From Chiloscyllium plagiosum (lineage: Eukaryota), in the NCBI RefSeq assembly GCF_004010195.1, contig NC_057753.1, positions 4,476,060 to 4,506,800 of the forward strand: DNA of 30,741 nt, read 5' to 3'. Numbering within the stretch: the first letter of the stretch is position 1; each line of letters begins with the position of its first letter. A program made the position numbers and the translations under genes. The notes below the pieces were generated by a model. It saw nothing but the letters and a program-made list of their open reading frames with translations. It was not told the DNA's origin and did no database searches. Of the stretch, positions 23,690-30,741 are shown in pieces.

Positions 23690-24820
23690 GATAAATGAAG
23701 ATGCGCCAGCTGTGGTATACTGAAGAAGGTCTTACATTACCAAAGGTATAAACGGGTTGGGCAGATGGGCAGATCAGTGGTAATGGACTTTAGCTCTGAA
23801 AAGTGTGAAGTGACGTTCATTGGAAGTGGTGAGAGGGCAGGGGACTTCCTAATGAACAAAATGACTCGAGAAAGCTCATGGGAGCAGAGGAATCAGAGGG
23901 AACAGAGGGACAGTGATGCTTGTCCACATGGACCTTAAAGTTCAGGACAGGTTAATAGGGATTGTGAAGAAGATATGTGGGATAATTGTCTTATCAGTCG
24001 TGGCATAGATCATACGTGGGTCACCATACTATTGGAAGGATGTGGTTGCATTGGAGGGGAGGCAAAGCACAATGTTGCCTGGGATGTAGAATTCCAGCTA
24101 TGAAAGAGTCTGGATAAGTTCAGATGGGGTAACTATATGAGGTGTATAAGTTTATGAGAGGCATGGACAGGCTTAGCAGGAAGCAGCTGTCCCCTGTTTT
24201 CAGGTTGAAAGCTGAATAACGAAGTGGCAAAAGATTAAGGTAAATGGCTGGATATTTCGAGATTTCAGGAAGTATTTTAACGCTTTTCATTGTGCCTCGG
24301 TACACGTGACAATAAATTCAATTCAATTCAATATACCCAGAGGGTGGCGAGGATATGGAATTCAGTAACGAGACAAAGTAGAGATGGAACATCACAATCT
24401 TTAAAAAATACTTGACCGAGCACTTGAAATACCCTAACATTCCAGACAATTGGGCAAATGGTGGAAAATAGGTTGGTGCAGGTGCTACAGGGAATTGACA
24501 TAGTAGCGAGAATGTTCCCTCATGAGTGGAAATTTACAATGAGCGATCATAGTTTGAAGCTAAGGGGTGGCAGGTTCAAAACAAATGCAAAGAGGAATCG
24601 CTTCTCTTAAAGTGTCTCGAATCTGTGCATTTCACATCCCCAGATTGTGATGGACGTGGAAAGGATAGATAGATTTGAAAACTAGTAGTGGGTTAAAGGG
24701 TTATGGGGACAGTGCAGGAGAGAAGAGGTGAGACCTAAGTGAGATCAACCATGATCATACTAAATGTTGGAGCAGATTGGAGAGACTGAATTGCTTACTC
24801 CTGCTCCTTCTTCGTATGTA
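23690..24820 (+). mobile_element. Patchwork of decayed CR1-type fragments
   Basis: TGGGCAGATCAGTGGTAATGGACTTTAGCTCTGAAAAGTGTGAAGTG (resembles WA..WQMEFN..KCEV); 3' UTR ending TTACTCCTGCTCC near 24800. Confidence 0.65.
24282..24332 (+). mobile_element. About 50-bp 3' tail of a different LINE family nested in CR1
   Basis: CTTTTCATTGTGCCTCGGTACACGTGACAATAAA followed by (TTCAA)3; family uncertain (Rex1/L2-like). Confidence 0.5.
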
Positions 24821-25189
24821 AAATCTTATGTGTCATTGAAAACAATAAATATGTGATATTTCGCAGAAGTGGACAAACTGATGCTCGTGGCATCAAATAT
24901 TAAATGAGATTGAATATTATATTTCTCTTTTGCCTGTATATTTAATTAAAACTCCTCAGTTAATCCCATCTTCTAGCGAAGTTTTTAATTCAATGTTTCT
25001 GTCTGCTTTCCTCCCAGTATTGTTCAAGTCTTCATGGTCATTTTCGACTTCACAAAGGATCAGTATTATGTTCTTAATTTCTACAAGGCTGGCATTTAAA
25101 TCCATTTGAAGGTTTTAGTAATAATTAAATCACATTTGTTCTCTCAAAGTTGTTAGTCATACGTGTTGTTTTCTTATTCAATAAAAGAA

Positions 25190-25537
25190 TCATTCATGGG
25201 ATGAGGGTGTCGCTGTCTAGGCTTCATTACTTGTCCATCCCAAATTGTCCAGAGACAAAAGTCACATACCCTGCTTTGAGTTTGGAGTCATGAGTAAACC
25301 AAACCAGGTAAAGAATAGATTTTTCTTCATAAAGAACATTAGTGAATGGGATGGGGGTTCTCTCAAAAATCGACAATGGATTCATGACTATCATTAGACT
25401 CTAAATTTCAGATTTTTCTCATTGAATTCAAATTCCACCCATCTTCCATGGCTGGATACTAACCATGATTCCGAGAACATTATTTGGGTCTTTGGACGAA
25501 CAGTTCAGCGATAATACCACTAAACGATCGCCTCCCT
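25190..25537 (-). mobile_element. tRNA-derived SINE (Deu/SacSINE-like)
   Basis: Minus-strand head GGGAGGCGATCGTTTAGTGGTATTATCGCTG; homologous to 10190-10412. Confidence 0.65.
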
Positions 25538-25599
25538 TATTTATGATGCAACATTACATTCAGCTAAAGTCATTAAGTTGTGACAGAGTCGATTAGGTT

Positions 25600-25797
25600 T
25601 TCAGATAAGTATTCTCATTCTATATTCTGTTCTCTTTTGTATGTGTGTCAATAAATTCGGCTTTGCTTAAAATTGAGTGGTTGACCGGCTGCATCACTCC
25701 TGAGATATCCACAATACACCTGCCTAAAACAACAAGAAACGTTAAGGTCTGGGCTACCATCTTGAAATGTTTTGAGGGGGTCTGGCCTGGACCATAA
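25600..25797 (+). repeat. LTR 3'-end fragment
   Basis: AATAAA, then TTTTGAGGGGGTCTGGCCTGGACCATAATA; similar to 20560-20717. Confidence 0.55.
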
Positions 25798-26054
25798 TAA
25801 TATGCAGATGCAGTTGTTTATGCATAAGAACGTTTCACACAACATTTAATTAGTGAATCTCTCTTGGATTATTCAGTCCATCTGTTTCAGTACTAATTGT
25901 AAGTTTTAGTTAATATCTTTCAAGTAATCATTAATACAGATACTGAAGTAGTTATAGATTCACCTGTACACAAAAAAAAACTCTCTGAAAGCATTAGAGT
26001 AAAATTAGAGCATTTATGTAAAATTATGAGAGCAAATCAGTCTCAGGCAGTAAC

Positions 26055-26204
26055 AAAGTTAAAAACCACACAACACCAGATTATAGTCCATAAGGTTTAA
26101 TTGGAAGCACAATTGGAAGCTTCCAAATAAACCTGTTGGACTATAACCTAGTGTTGTGTGATTTTTAACTTTGTACACTCCAATCCAACACTGGCATCTC
26201 CAAA
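26055..26204. mobile_element. Second palindromic mini-element, probable PLE terminus of another family, with 12-bp TSD
   Basis: Imperfect inverted arms about 26053-26108 and 26119-26174; direct repeat TCAGGCAGTAAC at 26043-26054 and 26205-26216. Confidence 0.75.
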
Positions 26205-27159
26205 TCAGGCAGTAACTGCAGCCCTATATCATGAATGAATGATTGATACCAACCAGCAGACACTGGAATGTGGGTTGAATGAGCGTACTGTTAAATACAG
26301 TAAGAAAGAAACGGTTCACAACTTGTTAGCTAAAGAATTTTAACATTAATTGTAACTAAGCAACTTTGTTGGAACTGGTGTTAAAACAGTTCATTTAAAA
26401 AGGTTTTTCTGCATTTTCTGTATTGAGGTGATAAGGAATTTAACAGGTCCTTAAGTAATAGGCAAGTATCCAATTAATTGGCGGTGAACACGGTGCAGGT
26501 CTGGGCAGGAACGCACTTGAATTCATTGTTTATTGTGAAAAGCTCCAAGAAGGGGGATAGGATAGTTTGTGAAATATCATGAGACTGCGGATGATCAAGA
26601 CTTGACCACAAACCTGTCCATCTCGAGCTGTTCAGTCATAGCATGAGCTTAAATGGAAATGTACGTAATTAATTATTAATATGATTGGTTTGCAAATGTC
26701 AAAGGTGGGTTTAAACAAATGTATAAAAATGTTTGTTTCCCTTTGCTGGGTGAAGAGATCTCTGGATTTTCAGTGGGTTTCTTCCCGCCAGTGTAATTTC
26801 ACTAAACTCTTTGATGTTAGATATGAAACCCTGAGGGTCCAGTGAATCATTTGTACATTCCACCCCAACAGCACCTTTTCAAGTTTATCATGTTCTGTAC
26901 ATAATTCAAATTTAATCCATGTTGCATCGAGCAACAAGTAACAACTAGAAAAGTTAGTGTCTGGACTACCTTTCTTGAAATATTTTGAGGGGGTCTGGCC
27001 TGATCGATAACAATATGCAGCTGCAGATGTTTATACATAATACATAGAAAATAACCTTTTACACTACATTTAGTTAGTGAATCTCTATTTAAACATTGAA
27101 CGAATAATTTTATTTTTTTTATTTCTCACACGAGTGAGTATAACTTCATACTTAGCCTC

Positions 27160-27340
27160 AGCGCACTGTGTCTGCCATGTGATTGTCCACTCACTCAAAT
27201 TGTCTATTTCTCCTTGAAACCTCCTTACCTCTCTCCCATAATTCACAATCTCACCCTGTTTGAGTCATCAACAGATCTGGTTCCCTCATCCAGGTCATTT
27301 ATTTGTTTATATCATGAATAGCTATGGCCCAAACATGAAT
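27160..27340 (-). mobile_element. Short decayed CR1 RT fragment
   Basis: Minus strand ATAAATGACCTGGATGAGGGA (INDLDEG) and GAGTGAGTGGACAATCACATGGCAG. Confidence 0.55.
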
Positions 27341-27344
27341 CATT

Positions 27345-28820
27345 GAAGTATTCATAGGTGCACAGTCCACCAACTGTGACTAGCTCGCTCAAAGCCAGTC
27401 CCTCGACTGAGGAGAAATCCTGAATTTCCTGTTTATGTTTGTCAGCAAGGGATCCCGGATTGACGCAGGTTAACAACCTCAATCACTCATCTCATTTACA
27501 ATGAGATCCATCACGCCTTGGATGCAATCACAATATCACACTCACCCTCACCCCCTCACCCTCATCACTACCCAGCCACCACACCCAAAGTTCGGGGATG
27601 TGGGCCTGTTCATTCTTTTGTCGCTACTCTTGGGACATTTTTACCCCAGGTCCGGTTTGTTTGATGCAGTCTCGGATATGAGAGGGCGTGTACTGGACTG
27701 TAGTCTGTCTCTTGTGCCCAGAATATCCAAAGAGTTTCCTTGTCTTCTTCCAGCAGTAACGGTATCGAGGTTGCATCCATCTTGGTGAAAGATTGGAGCG
27801 ACTGGGCTTGTATATCCTTGAGTTTAGAAGACTGAGAGGGAATTTGATTGAGACATATAAGATTATTAAAGGATTGGACACTCTGGAGGCAGGAAACATG
27901 TTTCCGCTGATGGGTGAGTCCCGAACCAGAGGACACAGCTTAAAAATAAGGGGTAGGCCATTTAGGACAGAGATGAGGAGAAACTTCTTCACCCAGAGAG
28001 TGGTGGCTGTGTGGAATGCTCTGCCCCAGAAGGCAGTGGAGGCCCAGTCTCTGGATTCGTTTAAGAAGGAGTTGGATAGAGCTCTCAAGGATAGCGGAAT
28101 CAAGGGTTATGAAAATAAGGCAGGACCAGGATACTAATTGAGGATGATCAGCCATAATCATTTTAAATGGTGGTGCAGGCTCGAAGGGCAGAATGGCCTA
28201 CTCCTGCACCTATTGTCTGTTGTTTATTGTCTATCTTGGACATTGAGGTTTCCTCAATGCTGGATGGAGGGGGACAACCCACGATTTCTGACAGCCTTCG
28301 TGGCTGTTCTGGGGGGAGGGCGGGGGCGCAGGCATGTTTTGCTGCTGCCCCTGTTTGTGCAGTAGCAACCTACAGGTGATCAAATCTTTGTTCAGAACTG
28401 TCTAACCTCCCCAACATTTGTAAGTCACGGGACACGACCTCACATCAACCTCACTCTGTACCCAAGCCATATTTTTCCGTGGTTCCAGAAACAAATTTCA
28501 CCCTTAAAGTAAACTGTCTCCCTTATTGTAAGCAGGCACGTATTTGGCATCGGCGTTCCTGTTACCACGGGTTAGGGAATATCAGGATTAACCTAATGCA
28601 GAGTCTTCGCCCCATTAGAAACTCTACTGGGCGTATTCCAGTAGTTGCATAAGGGGTGTCCTTCTAATTGAACAGGAAGCTGTTCAGTTTGGGATTGAGT
28701 GAAATTGTTTTTGTTTCAAGCCTGCATTCACCGTTTGAACTGTTCTTTCCACCAGACCATTGGACAATGGATGATATGAAGTATTCGGAACACGCAGAGT
28801 TTTATTCCACTTTTGGAAGC
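27345..28820 (-). mobile_element. Gypsy-type LTR retrotransposon remnant: integrase core/C-terminus and partial 3' LTR
   Basis: Minus-strand pieces HPLSNGLVERTVQTVNAGLK, ATTGIRPVEFLMGRRL, RSCPVTYK and SGHKRQTTVQYTP, then a G-rich tract (about 27540-27590); interrupted by a CR1. Confidence 0.75.
27786..28232 (+). mobile_element. Young 5'-truncated CR1-type LINE with 7-bp TSD
   Basis: Open ORF2 C-terminus RRLRGNLIETYKIIKG...RTRGHSLK...FFTQRVVAVWNALP; ATCTTGG at 27779-27785 and 28233-28239. Confidence 0.9.
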
Positions 28821-28825
28821 ACTCT

Positions 28826-29395
28826 GCGGTGGCATGGTAGCTCAGCAGTTAGCACTGTTGATTCACAGCGCCAGGGACCTGGGTTCGATTCCAGCCTTGG
28901 GCTCCTGCCTGTGTGGAGTTTTACACATTCTCCTTGCGTCTGCTCCAGTTTCTTCCACTATCCAACGATGTGCAGATTAGGCGAATTGGCCATGCTAAAT
29001 TGCACGTAGTGTTCCGGGATCGTCTGTAGGTTAAGTGCATTAGTAAGGGGAAAATTAGTAAGGATAGGGGAATGAGATTAGATTAGATTAGACAATGCAG
29101 AAACAGGCCCTTCGGCCCAACAAGTCCACACTGACCCTCAGAAAAGCAACCTCACACAGGATCATTCCCCTATACTTACCCCTCCACCTGATACTACAGG
29201 CAATTTAGCATGGCCAATCCACCCTAACCTGCACTTTTTTGGACTGTGGGAGGAAACCGGAGCACCCGGAGGAAACCCACGCAGACACGGGGAGAATGTG
29301 CAAACTGGGAGACTAGGAGAGCTAATCATTGGACAGTTGGTGTGGATCTGTTTGGCCTGTTTGCACACTGTAAGGATTCGATTTGATTCTATTCA
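28826..29395 (+). mobile_element. HE1-like V-SINE split by a nested antisense copy
   Basis: Head and V-domain at 28826-29073; tail GGCCTGTTTGCACACTGTAAGGATTC at about 29354-29393. Confidence 0.78.
29074..29306 (-). mobile_element. 5'-truncated HE1-like V-SINE
   Basis: (GATTA)n reverse-complement tail and intact V-domain; no tRNA head. Confidence 0.82.
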
Positions 29396-29403
29396 ATAAA
29401 AGA

Positions 29404-30255
29404 GCATAAGACACAGGAGTAGAACTTAGGCCATTCGGCACATTGTGTCTGCTCCATCATTCACTCATGGCTGATAAGTTTTTCTCCAGCTTTCTCCCCA
29501 TAACCCACTATTCTCTTGTTACTCAAGAAGCTATTGATCTCAGTCTTAAATATACTCAATGTACTGGCTTGAACAGACGTCTGTGGCAATGAACTCCATG
29601 GATTCACCACTCTCTGGCTGAAGAGGTTACTCCTTAGCTCTGTTCAAAAAGGTCTTTCTTGTTGTTTAAAGCTGTTCCCTCGCGCCCCCGCCTCTCTTAT
29701 GGATTGAAGCATCTTCATTGTCCAGTCTTCATTGTCCAGTCTTCATTGTCCAGTCTTCATTGTCCAGTCTTCATTGTCCAGTCCATTCAGTATTCTGTAT
29801 GATCCAATTAGTGCCCCACACCCTGCTAAACTCCATTGTGTAGAGACGTAGAGTCCTGGGATTATTCTTGCGAACATGTTCTGAACATGCTCCTGGTCCA
29901 ATACATCTTTCCTGAGATATGGTGCCCAAAATTACGCACAATATTCCAAACGTGGCTTGACCAGAGCCTCATAGAATTCGCAGAGTTACATCTCTGCGTT
30001 TGTGTCTAAGCCCTCTCAAAATAAGTCCGATCATTGCATTGCCTTCCTAACTACTGACTCAACCTGCAAGTTTACCTTGAGAGAATCCTGGACTAAAACT
30101 CCCAAGTTTCTTTCCACGTCAAGTTTCTGAATTTTCTCCCCATCTGGAAACAGTCCATTTCTCTATTCTTCCTTCAAAGGCGCATGACCTCACTTTCCCA
30201 CATTGTTCTCCAACTGCCACTTCTTTGCCTACTCCCCTGAACTGTCCGCTTACCT
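29404..30255 (-). mobile_element. Decayed CR1-type LINE 3' portion
   Basis: Starts cataagacacaggagtag...ggccattcgg; minus strand GAGTAGGCAAAGAAGTGGCAGTTGGAG near 30210-30235. Confidence 0.8.
29712..29781. repeat. Perfect minisatellite, 5 x 14 bp (TCTTCATTGTCCAG)
   Basis: Seen directly. Confidence 0.95.
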
Positions 30256-30259
30256 CGGT

Positions 30260-30741
30260 AAAAACAATGACTGCAGATGCTGGAAACCAGATTCTGTATT
30301 AGAGTGGTGCTGGAAGAGCACAGCAGTTCAGGCAGCATCCGAGGAGCAGTTAAATCGGCGTTTCAGGCAAAAGCCCTTCATCAGGAATACAGGCAGAGAG
30401 CCTGAAGGGTGGAGAGATAAGCTAGAGGAGGGTGGGGGTGGGGAGAAAGTAGCATAGAGTACAGTAGATGAGTGGGGGAGGGGATGAAGTTGATAGGTCA
30501 GGCGGGTGGAGGGTGGAGTGGATAGGTGGAAAAGAAGATAGGCAGGTAGGACAAGCTATGGGGACAGTGCTGAGCTGGAAGTTTGGAACTGCAGTGAGGT
30601 GGGGGAAGGGGAAATGAGGAAACTGTTGAAGTCCACATTGATGCCCTGGGGTTGAAGTGTTCCGAGGCGGAAGATGAGGCGTTCTTCCTCCAGGCGTCTG
30701 GTGGTGAGGGAGCGGCGGTGAAGGAGGCCCAGCACCTCCAT
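30260..30741 (-). mobile_element. PLE 3' end (GIY-YIG C-terminus and terminal repeat), continuing beyond the window
   Basis: TRRLEEERLIFRLGTLQPQGINVDF, pyrimidine-rich spacer, hammerhead motif, GGATGCTGCCTGAACTGCTGTGC terminus. Confidence 0.85.
30353..30388 (-). ncRNA. Minimal hammerhead ribozyme motif with variant cleavage triplet
   Basis: ATTC-CTGATGA-A-GGGC-TTTT-GCCT-GAAAC-GCC-GATT; GCC replaces GUC. Confidence 0.6.

Noticed and set aside
27610..28372. About 100-codon minus-strand open frame restored by excising the CR1, as a possible host exon
   Set aside because: Lies within the low-complexity tail of the Gypsy integrase remnant.

Overview
Eukaryotic, repeat-dense DNA, most likely from a shark (inferred from HE1/V-SINEs, CR1-type LINEs and Penelope-like element termini). 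I can support only one host gene: an intact two-exon orphan class A GPCR of the GPR139/GPR142-like type (+ strand, exon 1 10999-11068, exon 2 14609-15510, 323 aa when spliced). The rest is mostly decayed mobile DNA: a 5'-LTR-less Gmr1-like LTR retrotransposon (SCAN-like gag, PR-IN-RT-RH order), a second Gypsy integrase/LTR remnant, a probable solo LTR with nested insertions, many CR1 fragments, six HE1/V-SINE copies, and several Penelope-like element (PLE) pieces carrying minimal hammerhead-ribozyme motifs. The most notable structure is a TSD-flanked, perfect 77-bp palindromic mini-PLE with a hammerhead core, in sense orientation about 440 bp downstream of the GPCR stop. There are no prokaryotic systems or CRISPR arrays, and I cannot claim a new system from sequence alone. 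Family names come from motif recognition, not database searches, and repeat boundaries are approximate.
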